From a virus: a stretch of 64,000 nucleotides of DNA. Positions 1 to 11,700 of this stretch are shown in pieces (position 1 is the stretch's first letter; every line of letters starts with the position of its first letter). The position numbers and the translations under genes were made by a program. The notes beneath the pieces were generated by a model. It made no database searches and was not told where the DNA came from. It was given only the letters and a program-made list of their open reading frames with translations. Location: the IMG/VR virus record IMGVR_UViG_3300011113_000202, positions 6,057 through 70,056 of that record. One strand, written 5' to 3'.

Positions 1-1
1 C

Positions 2-766
2 GCATACACAAATGCAGGCGCAACATTTACAAAAGTAGAACTTACAACCAAAAAGATTCGTCTTGACTGGGAAGTATCTACAGAGTCTCTAGAAGACAAT
101 ATTGAAGGAGCGGCTCTTGAAGATCGTCTCGTTCGCTTGATGACCAATGCATTCGCAAATGACATTGAAGATCTAGCGATTAACGGTGATGGTGCTACAG
201 GATCATTCCTTTCAATCATGTCTGGCTTTATTAAGCAAACTCGTGGTACAGTAGGAAACGCTGCTCATGAAGCAGATGTTACCGTATCTGATAACGAGTG
301 GACTCCACAAGTAATGCAGGATATCATTCTTGCAATGCCACGTAAGTATCGTGCACTTAAGAGCAATCTTAAGTTCTATGCAGGTACTGACGCATTCCAG
401 GGTATCGTTAAGAATAACGGTACACTCGCTGACGCTATTGCTGAAGCGATTGCTGGACAAACACCAGGTAGCACACAGGCTAACCGTCAAGCATATCTTG
501 ATGGTCTAGGACAGACATTCGGTGGTTCTCGTACCACCCGTGTTCTTGGAGTGGATGTACTTGAGGTTCCTTACTATCCAGCAGGATATGTAGATCTCAC
601 ATTCCCTGAGAACCGTGTCTGGGGCTTCCAGCGTGATATCACGGTAAACCGTGAATACAAGCCAAAGAAGGATACTGTAGAATATACAGTTTTCGTTCGC
701 TTTGGTATTGCATGGGAAGAGTTGGATGCAGTTGCTTATGGCGACGCAGACAGCGCAGATTCCTAA
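2..766 (+). CDS. Major capsid protein (HK97-like), 5'-truncated by window edge
   Basis: Frame is open from nt 2 (AYTNAGATFTKVELTTKKIRLDWEVSTESLEDNIEG...NDIEDLAINGDG); C-terminal NRVWGFQRDITV..EY..FVRFG is typical of capsids; lies upstream of head-tail genes. Confidence 0.9.
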   Translation, partial: AYTNAGATFTKVELTTKKIRLDWEVSTESLEDNIEGAALEDRLVRLMTNAFANDIEDLAINGDGATGSFLSIMSGFIKQTRGTVGNAAHEADVTVSDNEWTPQVMQDIILAMPRKYRALKSNLKFYAGTDAFQGIVKNNGTLADAIAEAIAGQTPGSTQANRQAYLDGLGQTFGGSRTTRVLGVDVLEVPYYPAGYVDLTFPENRVWGFQRDITVNREYKPKKDTVEYTVFVRFGIAWEELDAVAYGDADSADS

Positions 767-787
767 AATTAAATAAGCAGGATTAAG

Positions 788-816
788 AGGGAGCGGAATA
801 AACCCCGCTCCCTTTT
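788..816 (+). terminator. Rho-independent terminator after capsid gene
   Basis: AGGGAGCGG/CCGCTCCCT stem followed by TTT. Confidence 0.75.
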
Positions 817-824
817 AGCATCTC

Positions 825-833
825 TGGTATAAT
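825..833 (+). promoter_or_regulatory. Extended -10 promoter
   Basis: TGGTATAAT, followed by GGAGG RBS and ATG at 851. Confidence 0.7.
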
Positions 834-850
834 GACAGTGGAGGAATAAT

Positions 851-1183
851 ATGTTAAGTGTAGAAGATTTAAAAACAAAAAGCGTATTTGAAATTAAATC
901 ATTTGCAAAGAAAAATAATATTGATCTCAAAGATGCAAGAACAAAAATAGAAATGTTAAATATTTTAGAGGGCAAAGAAGTAATACAAATAGCCAAAAAA
1001 AATGTACCAGAAAAAGTTGCTATTTATTCAGAAAGAAATAAACATAATAGTGATAAAAAAATTGGTTCACTCAAAGTTGGTTATAATATAGTTAGTAAGG
1101 AGGCAGCCGATTGGTGGCTTTCTCGCAAGGGAGTTAGACTAGCAACGCCCCAAGAGTTAGCAAGGCACTACGGTATAGACTAA
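851..1183 (+). CDS. Small protein with Rho-N/HeH-like domain
   Basis: LKTKSVFEIKSFAKKNNIDL..RTKIEML resembles a Rho-N helix-extension-helix; follows the capsid gene. Confidence 0.55.
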   Translation: MLSVEDLKTKSVFEIKSFAKKNNIDLKDARTKIEMLNILEGKEVIQIAKKNVPEKVAIYSERNKHNSDKKIGSLKVGYNIVSKEAADWWLSRKGVRLATPQELARHYGID

Positions 1184-2154
1184 TGGAGATTTTGAGAATT
1201 CCCCCATACCCGCTTCAGATTGAGTACACAGTACCAACAGCAAGCACGTCATACTTTCTTGTTATAGAAAGTAACGACAGAAACGAAGAATTAGTAGATG
1301 TAGCAGTTACATCTAACTCAAGTTCTGTGGTTTCTTATACCCTATCAGATACATTTTCCAAATACGATGAATATTATGCCCTTACAATTTATGAAAAAAA
1401 TGGCACTGCTCGTGGAGACGTTGTTGTTGAGGACAACCTAGAGATTGTTCGTCCTTACGTAGATCCTAATACCCTAGGAACAACTGCCACAGAGATAGCA
1501 GAATACACTGAGTATGAAAGTTTAGCAAGAAATATAATTGATTCATATGTTCCAGATGGATTTTATTTTACTACAGAATGGCTTCAAACCGTAGGTCAAG
1601 GCACAGACTATATGCCTATTTGGATACGTGGCTACAAGGTTCTTAAAGTATATGAAAATGCTCAAAAGGTTTGGGATGTTGATGATGAAGACGGTCCAGC
1701 ATTAGATTCATATGATTATAGTATTACAAAAGATAAAACTGCAATTATCAAAGATCCAGTTGCTGGTGTTGATAACTGGAATAGAGATGAGCGTAAGCCA
1801 GCAAGAACTGCTATGGCAGCATCAGACTCTTTTGATTGGTATGATACTGGCGACAGTGCAAACATTCAAACCTTTAGAGGCGGAGTAAGTTTCCCAGAAG
1901 GTGGAGACTACATGTTTTATATTGAGGCAGGGTATAAAGTAGTACCAAATGATATTAAAGATGCAGCCAATATGCTTATTGAAGATATTAAGTGTGGCAA
2001 ACTAGATTACTATAAGAGATATGTAGATTCATATAAGACTGATCAGTTTAATGTCAAATATAGCAAAACAATGCTTGAAGGAACTGGTAATCTTTTAGTG
2101 GATAAAATTTTAGATAAGTATGTGAATCTGGTAACTCGTCCTGGAGTATTATAA
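1183..2154 (+). CDS. Head-tail adaptor/connector protein
   Basis: Position; ARNIIDSY and GYKVVPNDIKDAANMLI motifs are typical of adaptors. Confidence 0.65.
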   Translation: MEILRIPPYPLQIEYTVPTASTSYFLVIESNDRNEELVDVAVTSNSSSVVSYTLSDTFSKYDEYYALTIYEKNGTARGDVVVEDNLEIVRPYVDPNTLGTTATEIAEYTEYESLARNIIDSYVPDGFYFTTEWLQTVGQGTDYMPIWIRGYKVLKVYENAQKVWDVDDEDGPALDSYDYSITKDKTAIIKDPVAGVDNWNRDERKPARTAMAASDSFDWYDTGDSANIQTFRGGVSFPEGGDYMFYIEAGYKVVPNDIKDAANMLIEDIKCGKLDYYKRYVDSYKTDQFNVKYSKTMLEGTGNLLVDKILDKYVNLVTRPGVL

Positions 2155-2603
2155 TGGTGATCTGCGAAGATACCGATTTTATTTTTCCAATGAAGGCTGA
2201 TGTTTACTACCCGATTATTACTCAAGGTGATTATGGACAACCTAAAAAAGATTGGGTATTTGATAAAACTATAGCCTGTAATGCCACTTCTGTTGGAGGT
2301 GCTGGAAAAGAAAACATAAAGCCAGAAACATTTTTACAGTATGAAAACAAACTTATAGCAAGAACCAAAGCGGACCCACGAATCTCTTCACAAAAAGAAA
2401 CAAATGCTATTACAAATATTCTTATAACAAATATCAGACATGCTAATGATGAACTGATTTACAAAGAAACTGCTGGAGTACGTGCAGGTAGAGCAACAAT
2501 TTTTGAAGTAGCAACTGTGGAGCCGTATGTAAGTCCATTTAATACTATTGAATATTATAAGATGTTATGGCGTAGGGCTGAAAATCAGACTGTAGGTGAC
2601 TGA
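2154..2603 (+). CDS. Putative head closure/stopper protein
   Basis: 149 aa, beta-rich, canonical position. Confidence 0.55.
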   Translation: MVICEDTDFIFPMKADVYYPIITQGDYGQPKKDWVFDKTIACNATSVGGAGKENIKPETFLQYENKLIARTKADPRISSQKETNAITNILITNIRHANDELIYKETAGVRAGRATIFEVATVEPYVSPFNTIEYYKMLWRRAENQTVGD

Positions 2604-3280
2604 TGATAGTAACTACAAATACCCGTCAATTTAGAAAAACTATGAATAATATTATTGATTATTCTTATGGTTTTCTTGATGGTGTTCAAGATGGTAAAAA
2701 AATATTTTTAGAGAAGTTGGGCAGGGAAGTTATAGCAGCCCTAGGTCAATATATTGATATCAATGCAAAAGCAAATCCAAAAGCACTACATCATATCTAT
2801 GAATGGTATCGTGTAGGTAGTCCAAAAGCAAGATTGTTCGATATAGACTTTATCGTAAATAAAAATGGTTTGGCACTGTTTTCTAATTTTAGGCAGTCAA
2901 GATCAATGTCTGCAGATGCAACCACACCCTTTGTAAATAAAGCAAAAATAATGGAGCAGGGTAGAACAGTTACAATTAAACCTAAGAGTGGATCTGTATT
3001 AGCATTTGAATCTGGGGGTCAAACAGTATTCACTAAAAATCCAGTTACCATAACTAATCCAGGTGGAGATGAAGTTCAAGGTTCATTTGAGCAGGTATTT
3101 GATGAGTTTATGTTAAGATACTTTAAACAATCATTTATTCGTGCCTCTGGTTTATATGATTATATTAAAAGACCAACGGTATTTAAAAAGAATATTCGTC
3201 AAGGATCTAAAGTCGGTAGAGCAAAAGGCGTTAGCACTGGCTTTGGTTGGATAGCAAATGCAAGAATTGGGGTAGAATAG
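2603..3280 (+). CDS. Putative neck/tail completion protein
   Basis: Position; translationally coupled to the previous gene. Confidence 0.5.
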   Translation: MIVTTNTRQFRKTMNNIIDYSYGFLDGVQDGKKIFLEKLGREVIAALGQYIDINAKANPKALHHIYEWYRVGSPKARLFDIDFIVNKNGLALFSNFRQSRSMSADATTPFVNKAKIMEQGRTVTIKPKSGSVLAFESGGQTVFTKNPVTITNPGGDEVQGSFEQVFDEFMLRYFKQSFIRASGLYDYIKRPTVFKKNIRQGSKVGRAKGVSTGFGWIANARIGVE

Positions 3281-3284
3281 TAAT

Positions 3285-3854
3285 ATGGTCACTAGCATTT
3301 CAACTACTGGATTTCCACCTAAATTTTTAAATAGGTATGTCGCAGCCCAACTAGCAGAGTTTGGAATAATTGATTCAGCACCAGAAACTCCCTTGCAGGC
3401 TGGATTTGATCCTATGGTTCCAGCACAATTTCCAACTAACATAGAAGATTTATATAACGATACTATTCAGATCAGACAAACCCAGTCCCCAGTCTTAATT
3501 GTTTATGACAGAATGATGAGATTTAGACCAACACCATTTTACAGACATAAAAGAGAGCAGTTAATATATTTTATTTATTCTTCAGATGTTGCAAAATTAA
3601 TGGACTCTGTAAGAGTTATAACAGATGCACTAGATAGAGAAGATTCAGCAGCCCAAGATGTTAATAAGTGGATTAAGGACAATCCAATTACTGGAACAAC
3701 CACAAATGTATTTTTTCATAATATCAGGGTCTATCAGGCAGATGAGAGTAGGGATGTAGCAGAACTAGCCTCTGCAAGAACCCTATTTGTAAATAAGGTT
3801 ATTATTGAATATGACTATCATACAAACGACCTAACTGGCACCCTTTATACCTAA
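3285..3854 (+). CDS. Putative tail terminator protein
   Basis: Directly upstream of the tail tube gene. Confidence 0.5.
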   Translation: MVTSISTTGFPPKFLNRYVAAQLAEFGIIDSAPETPLQAGFDPMVPAQFPTNIEDLYNDTIQIRQTQSPVLIVYDRMMRFRPTPFYRHKREQLIYFIYSSDVAKLMDSVRVITDALDREDSAAQDVNKWIKDNPITGTTTNVFFHNIRVYQADESRDVAELASARTLFVNKVIIEYDYHTNDLTGTLYT

Positions 3855-3861
3855 AAAATAC

Positions 3862-3870
3862 TGTTATACT
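3862..3870 (+). promoter_or_regulatory. Extended -10 promoter for tail tube gene
   Basis: Intergenic TGTTATACT; GAGGTG RBS before 3925. Confidence 0.6.
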
Positions 3871-3924
3871 TATATCGAGGAAACACGCCCACTTATTCAA
3901 CAAGGAAAAAAGAGGTGAAACAAT

Positions 3925-4566
3925 ATGCCAGCATATACCCGTGGTACGTCTAACAACATCATCGTCGGTGCCGCAGCGTTCTTTATCTGCGATACTACTC
4001 TTGATGCTGACGTTTTCACAGATTACCCATTTGTAAGCACAGAGTCCTATAAGTCAACTCTGTCTGCAAGTTCTTTCTGGACAAACGTCGGTTATACAAT
4101 GAACGGTCTTGAAATGCAATTCCAGCCTGACTTCGGTGAGGTTGCAGTTGATCAAGTCCTTGATGTTGCTAAACTTTACAAGCAAGGTATGCAGGTAAAT
4201 GTTGCTACAGCATTCGCTGAGGCAACTCTTGAGAATCTACTCTATGCTCTTGCAATGCCAGAGTCAGAACTTACTGGTACAAAGTCAACTTCCGCAGGAC
4301 GCCGTCTGAATCTTTCAGCAGGCGAACTCGGTGAGTGCCCAGTTGAGCGAGCAATCGCTGCTGTCGGCCCTGGTACTGGTGACTGCGATGACTCTTCAAA
4401 TGTAGAACGTGTCTATGTCGGATACCGTGCACTCTCAATTGAGAATGTAACTGTATCGGCAAAGCGTGATGAACCTTCAATGTTTGAAGTTTCATTCCGT
4501 CTACTTCCAGAAGACGCTTCTGGCGCATATGGCAAGATCGTAGATCGTACTCATACTGCATCATAA
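3925..4566 (+). CDS. Major tail (tube) protein
   Basis: NIIVGAA..VGYTMNGLEMQF.PDFGEVAVDQ..AEATLENL motifs; upstream of chaperones and tape measure. Confidence 0.85.
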   Translation: MPAYTRGTSNNIIVGAAAFFICDTTLDADVFTDYPFVSTESYKSTLSASSFWTNVGYTMNGLEMQFQPDFGEVAVDQVLDVAKLYKQGMQVNVATAFAEATLENLLYALAMPESELTGTKSTSAGRRLNLSAGELGECPVERAIAAVGPGTGDCDDSSNVERVYVGYRALSIENVTVSAKRDEPSMFEVSFRLLPEDASGAYGKIVDRTHTAS

Positions 4567-4587
4567 TCTAATCTTAGATTAATAACA

Positions 4588-4620
4588 GCCCACTCCCTAT
4601 ATGGGGGTGGGTTTGTTGTT
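4588..4620 (+). terminator. Terminator after tail tube gene
   Basis: GCCCACTCCC/GGGGGTGGGT stem with a T-rich tail. Confidence 0.7.
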
Positions 4621-4638
4621 TGTGGTAAAATGGTTTAA

Positions 4639-5361
4639 ATGGCTACAGAAATATATAAAACAGAAATAATTCAACTAGTTGATGGTACAGAGGTTGAGAT
4701 TATTCCATTAAAAATAAAGTATCTAAGAGAATTTATGGATACTTTTGAGGCTATTCGTGTAACAAAAAATGACCAAGAAGCGATTGTTGTTTTATCAGAA
4801 TGTGCAAGAATATGTATGAAGCAATATTATCCATCCATTTCAAAAACAATAACAGAATTAGAAGATAATATTGATCTTCCTACAATATATAAAATATTAG
4901 ATGTGGCTGCTGGTATTAAAATAAATAAAAAATTAGAACAGCCAGTTAAAGATCAAGCAACAGATAGTGGCTCTAATTGGGACTCTTTAGACCTTGCAAA
5001 ACTTGAGGCTGAAGCATTTTTGCTCGGTATTTGGAAAGACTATCAAGAACTAGAAGAATCAATGTCAATAACAGAACTTATGGCTACCCTTTCTAGTAAG
5101 CGAGAACTTGACTATGAAGAAAAAAAGTTTTTAGCAGCAATACAGGGTGTTGATTTAGATGCTAACTCATCAGGCCCAGATGGTAAAAAACGAGGGCAGC
5201 AAGAATGGGAAGATCTCAAGGCCAGAGTATTTAGTGGCGGTAAGGCAAAAGATGGAAATGACATTCTTGCACTTCAGGGTCCCGCTGCAGAAAAAGCAGG
5301 GTTTGGTATTGGAATGGGTCTAGATTATGATGACCTGCGTGATCCATCAGTAATGAAGTAA
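4639..5361 (+). CDS. Tail assembly chaperone, long GT-like form
   Basis: Between tube and tape measure; first ~95 aa paralogous to 5421..5750; leaderless-type start (TAAAAT 4626-4631). Confidence 0.7.
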   Translation: MATEIYKTEIIQLVDGTEVEIIPLKIKYLREFMDTFEAIRVTKNDQEAIVVLSECARICMKQYYPSISKTITELEDNIDLPTIYKILDVAAGIKINKKLEQPVKDQATDSGSNWDSLDLAKLEAEAFLLGIWKDYQELEESMSITELMATLSSKRELDYEEKKFLAAIQGVDLDANSSGPDGKKRGQQEWEDLKARVFSGGKAKDGNDILALQGPAAEKAGFGIGMGLDYDDLRDPSVMK

Positions 5362-5420
5362 TAATATATAAAAATAGCCGTTTTGTGCTATAATTACATT
5401 TAGCCTATATAGGAGGATAA

Positions 5421-5750
5421 ATGGCAACAACAACGTATGAGAGCCAAGAACTTACTCTTATGGATGGTACGAAAATTGCAGTGAGGCCTTTAAAAATCTC
5501 ATTGCTTCGTCCTTTCATGAGCAAGTTTGAAAAGGTAGCAGAGGTGGCAGAAGATAATGAGAAGTCAATGACTCTCCTTATTGAATGTGTAGAAATTGCT
5601 ATGAAGCAGTACAGTCCAGATTTGGCTGATGTTAAGAAACTTGAGGAAGTTTTAGACCTTCCAACAGTTTATAAGATCATTGAGGCTGCTTCGGGGGTTA
5701 AACTCCAAGATGCAAATGCTCTATTGAATACAGTACTTGCAAACAACTAA
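5421..5750 (+). CDS. Tail assembly chaperone, short G-like form
   Basis: Paralog of the previous gene's N-terminus; TGCTATAAT promoter 5386-5394 and AGGAGGA RBS. Confidence 0.7.
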   Translation: MATTTYESQELTLMDGTKIAVRPLKISLLRPFMSKFEKVAEVAEDNEKSMTLLIECVEIAMKQYSPDLADVKKLEEVLDLPTVYKIIEAASGVKLQDANALLNTVLANN

Positions 5751-5769
5751 AAAGTAAGAGGTGCTATAA

Positions 5770-8700
5770 GTGGCTGACGTAAATGCTAATATTGGCATAC
5801 ATATAGATACGTCACAATCTTTAGCAGAGATTAAAAATCTTCAACGTCAGTTAGCACAACTCTACACAAGTATAAACAAAGGTAGTGCCGCAGCAGCGGC
5901 AGCCCAAAAGGGTCTTGCTACTAACTTAATGAACACCATCAATGCTGGTGGTAAGTTCTACGCCCAGATGGGCACAATTCGTACAAGTACGGAATCATTT
6001 ACTCACGCACTGGAGAAAAACAAACTCACTATGCGTGAGTATTTCCGTTTTGCTGGCGGATCTACAAGAACATTTGGAAGACTATTTAAATCAGAATTTG
6101 ACACGATTGGCAAGGTAGCCGAAGAACGTGTCAAGAGAATGCAGACCCAATACATTAAATTAGGTCGTGATGCATCTGGAGCAATGAGAGCAATCTCTGT
6201 AACTCCAACAAGTCTCAATATGAAAGAATACGGCAATCAGGTAGCCGTAGCAGCACAGAAACAAGCAATACTAAATCAACTACTTAAACAAGGTTCAACC
6301 AATCTATTAAATTTTGGTAAGAATACACAGTGGGCTGGCCGTCAGTTGATGGTTGGTTTTACAATACCGCTTGCATATTTTGGTACAGCAGCCGCTAAAA
6401 CATTTATGGATCTTGAGGCTCAGGCCCTTAAGTTTCGTCGTGTTTATGGAGATATGTTTACCACTACTGCAGAAACAAATAAGGCTCTTGCAGATATAGA
6501 AGCCCTTGCTGCACAGTTTACAAAATATGGCGTTGCGGTTAGCAAAACTATGGAAATGGCAGCATCCGCTGCTGCTATGGGTAGAACTGGTGCAGAATTA
6601 ACTGCACAGGTTGCACAAGCCACAAGGCTTGCAGTATTAGGTAATGTTGAACAAGAGCAGGCATTAACAACAACCATATCTTTAACAGATGCTTTTGGTT
6701 TGGCTGCAGAAGATTTGTCAGGAAAAATTAACTTTCTTAATGCTGTTGAAAACCAAACTATAACAGCAATTGAAGATTTAACTGTTGCTATTCCAAAGGC
6801 TGGACCAGTTGTTAAACAACTTGGAGGTAGCGTAGAAGATCTTGCATTCTTCTTAACTGCTATGCGTGAAGGTGGAATTAATGCATCCGAAGGCGCTAAC
6901 GCACTTAAATCTGGATTAGCATCTTTAATTAATCCAACAGAAAAAGCAGCAGCAATGCTTGCTGATATGGGAATTAACATAAAAGCCATTGTTGAAGGAA
7001 ATGTAGGAAATTTAAGACAAACCGTTATTGATTTTTCAAGAGCACTTGATACTCTTGCACCATTAGAAAGATCAAGAGCAATTGAACAATTGTTTGGTAA
7101 ATTCCAATTTGCACGTCTTTCTACTTTATTTGAAAACGTTACAAAAGATGGTGGTCAAGCAGCACGAGTTTTAGACTTGGCTGGAAAGTCTGTAGAAGAA
7201 CTTGCAATCCTATCAGAACGAGAATTGGGTGCAATAGAAGATGCAATTGGTACAAACTTTAGAGAATCAGTTGAACAACTTAAACTAGCAATCGCTCCTA
7301 TTGGAAAAGAATTTTTGAAAGCAATAACTCCAGTTGTTAAATTTTTAGGAGATCTTTTTGAAAAGTTTAATAATTTAAGTGACGGTTCTAAAAAGTTTAT
7401 AGTTATTTTAACCACTCTTGTAGGTCTTGTTGGACCTACCCTTTTAATGACATTTGGTTTGGTTGCAAACGGTGCAGCAAATATAATTAAACTATTTTTA
7501 TTAATGCGACAAGGATTTTTAAAGTTAACTGGAAATAGCACTAATCTTGCACAACAAACACAATATTTAAATAGCGAGCAAATGGAGGCAGCAGTTGTTG
7601 CTGCGTCTTTAAATCAGGCTCATACAAAACTAACTCAGCAATTTACTCTTGAGGCTGGTGCAGTAAATCAACTTCGTAATGCATATGTACAGGCGACAGC
7701 AGCGGCAGCAAGGTTTGCAGCAGCAAATCCTGGAATGATGATTCCTGGTGCTGGAAAGATTCCAAAGAAATTTAATTCTGGAACCATGAAGGTTCCAGGG
7801 TATTCAAAGGGCACTGACTCCGTACCTGCAATGCTTACACCAGGTGAAGCAGTAATTCCAGAACCAATAGCACAAGATGATAGATTTAAACCACTAATTG
7901 CAGCACTTGTATCTGGTGAAATTAGAAGGTACCAAGATGGAACAGTTTTTGCACATGCCGTAGATAAAAGAGTAGTTCGTGGACTAGATGTTCCTGAAAA
8001 TATGAGGTCTATTGGTTTTGGATCTGCAAATGCTTTTACAGCAATTGGGTTTGACCTTAGCCCATCAACAAATTCAAAATTAATTAATAATACCGTTCCA
8101 GTTCAAAACTACATAAGCGAACTTAGTAACCCTGGATCTGTAAAAACAATGACTGCAAGACTTATTGATTTGGGTGTGCCGCCATCAGAAGCAGCAAAAG
8201 TAACATCTCAAATAAGAACTAATTTATTAAGATCTCTTGCTGAAATTCCCCAAGGAACTCTTATTGGCGATAAAGATATTTATTCAAGAATGGGAAATCT
8301 AAAAACTGGAATTTTAGGTGGACTTGTAAGAGACTCACGTGGCGGATTAATGGGAAGTGCTGTAAGATCCTTATATTCAGCAACGGCGTTTAGTCCACTA
8401 GGCTCTTCATCTGTAAAGATGAATGCTACTGCACCAATTGCTTCAGTTATAGACGCTGTTAAAAAAACAAAAACCTCTCAGTCTGCAATTAGAGCACTAA
8501 CAAATTTACAAAAAGTAGACCCAAATATAAAGTTACCAGTAAGACTTGATGCATCTGGAAACATAACCGCATTTGAAAGACCAGAAGTAAGTAAAAAAAC
8601 TGGACAAATTACTACGACTAGAAATATTGGCGTATTAACTGGAGATAGATTTAAAACTGCAAGATTGGGTCGTGGTGGAGGTAGAAAAATTACTCCAAGC

Positions 8701-11700
8701 AAAGGTGCAACTGCTCAGGCTACTCAAATTCTTATGGGAAGAGGAGAGGTCTTACAAACAAAAGATGGCAGACAAACAGTTGTTACTGGTCAAACTGGAA
8801 CCGCAAAAAAACCAGGAACGGTTATGGTTGGTGGAGGACCAAGCGATAAAAGAGCAGTTCCAGCAACAAAAGTTAGAAGTGTTATTCCAAGAGGTTATAG
8901 AGGCGTTCCAATGTTTGGCTTTGGTGCACAAGATGGAATCGGGCCACAGCCAACTCTTGCTGAAACGGGTGGAAAAACTGCACAACAAATTGCGGCACAA
9001 CATAGAGTAAGTTTAAGTCAAGCAAAAAGAATGATTGCTGATAATGAAAAAGCAATGAGAGCACAACAACAAAATACTGCTGCAACAACTGCTCTTACAG
9101 CACAAAAAGCAACTATGGGACAAAGACTTGCAACTGGGGCACATGTATTTAGTGGGCTTACAATTGCTGGATCTTTTATGGGTGGGAAAATTGGAGAGGT
9201 ATCTCAAAAACTTGCACCTTTTGCAATGATATTATCAACAATTGCAATGATGGGGCCAGGACTTCTAAAAGGATTTGGCAAGATGAAAATGTTTTTTGCT
9301 GCAAATCCTTTGGCCTTAGTTGCAACAGCAGCGATTGCATTAGTTGCAACATTAAAATATCAAAACTCTAAAGCAAAGAAAGCAGGAGAGGCTGCTGCAG
9401 AGTTGGCAACACAACAACTTGCTACTGCAGACAGAATGAAGGCAATAAGTTTAATAACTGATAAAGTTGGTGCAACAGAACTTGCAGCAAGAGCAGCACA
9501 ATCTCCAGCATCAACTAGATTTACAACAGGATATGAACGTGGAAAATCACAATTTGGAACTACATTTTTAGAGTCTGATTTTGGAAAACAAATGTATGAA
9601 ACCTTTGTTAAAAATCTTAAAGACGGCGGTAGGGAAGCAGCACAAACAATAGCACTTGAACTTGGAACATACATTTCTGATGGAGTTTTAAGTGCAGAAC
9701 AAGCCTTCAGCATTGCAAGAAGCATAGGGCTAAATCTAAAAGATATGACGGTTGCTTCTCAGATAAAGGGTGAGTTGATAGCACTTATAGGTCCAGATGG
9801 TACTGATGTTATAGAAAATGGAATTACTATTAGGGCTAGAATTGTTGAGGCATCAGAAGATAATTTACAGACTGCAATTGAAAATACACAGGATAATTTT
9901 AAAGGTCTTGATCTTGGCGGTTTAACTTATGATGAAGAGGATATAAAGGCTGTAGGAAAACTTGCAGCATATCAATCACAATATCTTCAAAATATAAAAT
10001 CAGCAGTTGCTGCCTCTAGAAAAAATATGAATGATCGTATTAAAGAGTTGGAAATTGAAAAAGCAAAAGCAAAAAGCGCAGCAGAGGTTGCTAAGATAAA
10101 TGATCAAATTAATACTTTAAAGAAAGAGCAAAATCTAGAGGAAGAGTCTTTAAGGTTAAAATATAAAGATGCCGTTGATCTTCAGGTCAAAGCCTATCAA
10201 GAGGCTACTTCTGGATTAAGAAAATATGGTGCTGTTGGCGCCGCCTATTTTGCTGGACTTGACAAAACCGTAAAACAAAAATTTAAAGGAACTGGAAATG
10301 AACCAGTAGCAGAGGAGTTTTTAAAAACTGCTACAGGAACAACTTCGCAAATTTTTGAAGTTAAATTAAAGGCTTTAGTTGCTGGAGGAGTTTTTGAGCC
10401 AAAGACCCTTACAGATTTGGTAAATCTTTTTGGACCAGAAAAAGAAGACGTTGCACAAAAATCATTAGACCTGGCTTTAACTAAAAAAGATCCTGAAAAA
10501 ATTGCAGAGTTAGTAGCAACATTAACTGGTTTTGAAAATAAAAAGTTGGCCACTGATATATTAATTAGTGCAACATCAGAAGATGGTTTAAAGGGTAAAG
10601 AGTTAGAAAATAGACTTGAGGTTATAGGTCGATTAAGAGATTTAAATAATCGAGAAGTAAATATTGAAATGTTTATACAGGCCAATGGTATGGATGCTCT
10701 TGATGAACTTTATACAAGTTTAGACTATATTGAAAATATTAAAGGTCCAATTACAACAAAAGTCATATCAGATCTTCAGTCAACAAGCAATGATCCAAAT
10801 ATGCCAAATATGAATGCTTTGCTTGCTATATGGGATAAATATGAAGCGCTTCCAGATGAAGTAAAAAAGACAGTTATTCAAGAATATATTTCTTTGTTTA
10901 GAACTGTAACAGAAGGAGAAGCAGAGGCCTCTTTGCGTGGCAAGGGTGTTCCAGATATGGCAATAACGCCAGAATCAATTGCCAATGAACGGGCAAGAAT
11001 AACAAGTAATTTAGTAACACAGGCAGCAAAATATGCTGAAGGCGCTGTTCCAAGTGGTAGTAAAACTGGTCCTGATAAAGGCAAGGGTAGAGACACGACT
11101 TTAGACGAATTATTAAAGAGACTTAAGTTTATTCGCAAAGCATCTATTGATGCTGAGGGTGGAGTAAAAGAATTGCTAAAGATAACTGGTGGTAAAGGTT
11201 TGAAAAACTTTGGCGGAGTAATACAGCAATTAATGGCTGGACCAAAAGGTGGATTTAATAGAGAATTTATTTCATTCCTTGAAGGAATGGATAATAAAAC
11301 TCGTGCAACATATATGACCATTAAAAATGGCGAGGTAGTTTTAACAAAACAAGGCAAGGCACTCAAAGAAGCATTTAATGAAAAAGTAATAGGTGAATAT
11401 CAAGTAGCAAATAGACAGGCCTTGCAAGATACTAAGGCCCAAGGAGCAGCGCTACTTAAACTACAGGCTTCTGGAGTTGATTCCGCTACCGCCTTAGAAA
11501 TGGTAGCAGATGCAAATTTGGCGGTAGCGATAAACTCTAAAGACATAACTGGTAAGGAATTGCGTCAAATGGCAGCAGATGCTAAGGCTGCTAAGGATGA
11601 AGTAGAGAGATTAAATCTAGAGGTACTTGGTTTAGCAGAAAGCCTAAAGAAAGACATTGGAGAAGCACAAAAAACTAATCAAGCATTATTAGTGGCAAGA

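Noticed and set aside
4900-5770. Programmed -1 frameshift in tail chaperones
   Set aside because: No convincing XXXYYYZ site at either gene end; the long form is already in frame, and only 19 nt separate the short form from the tape measure gene
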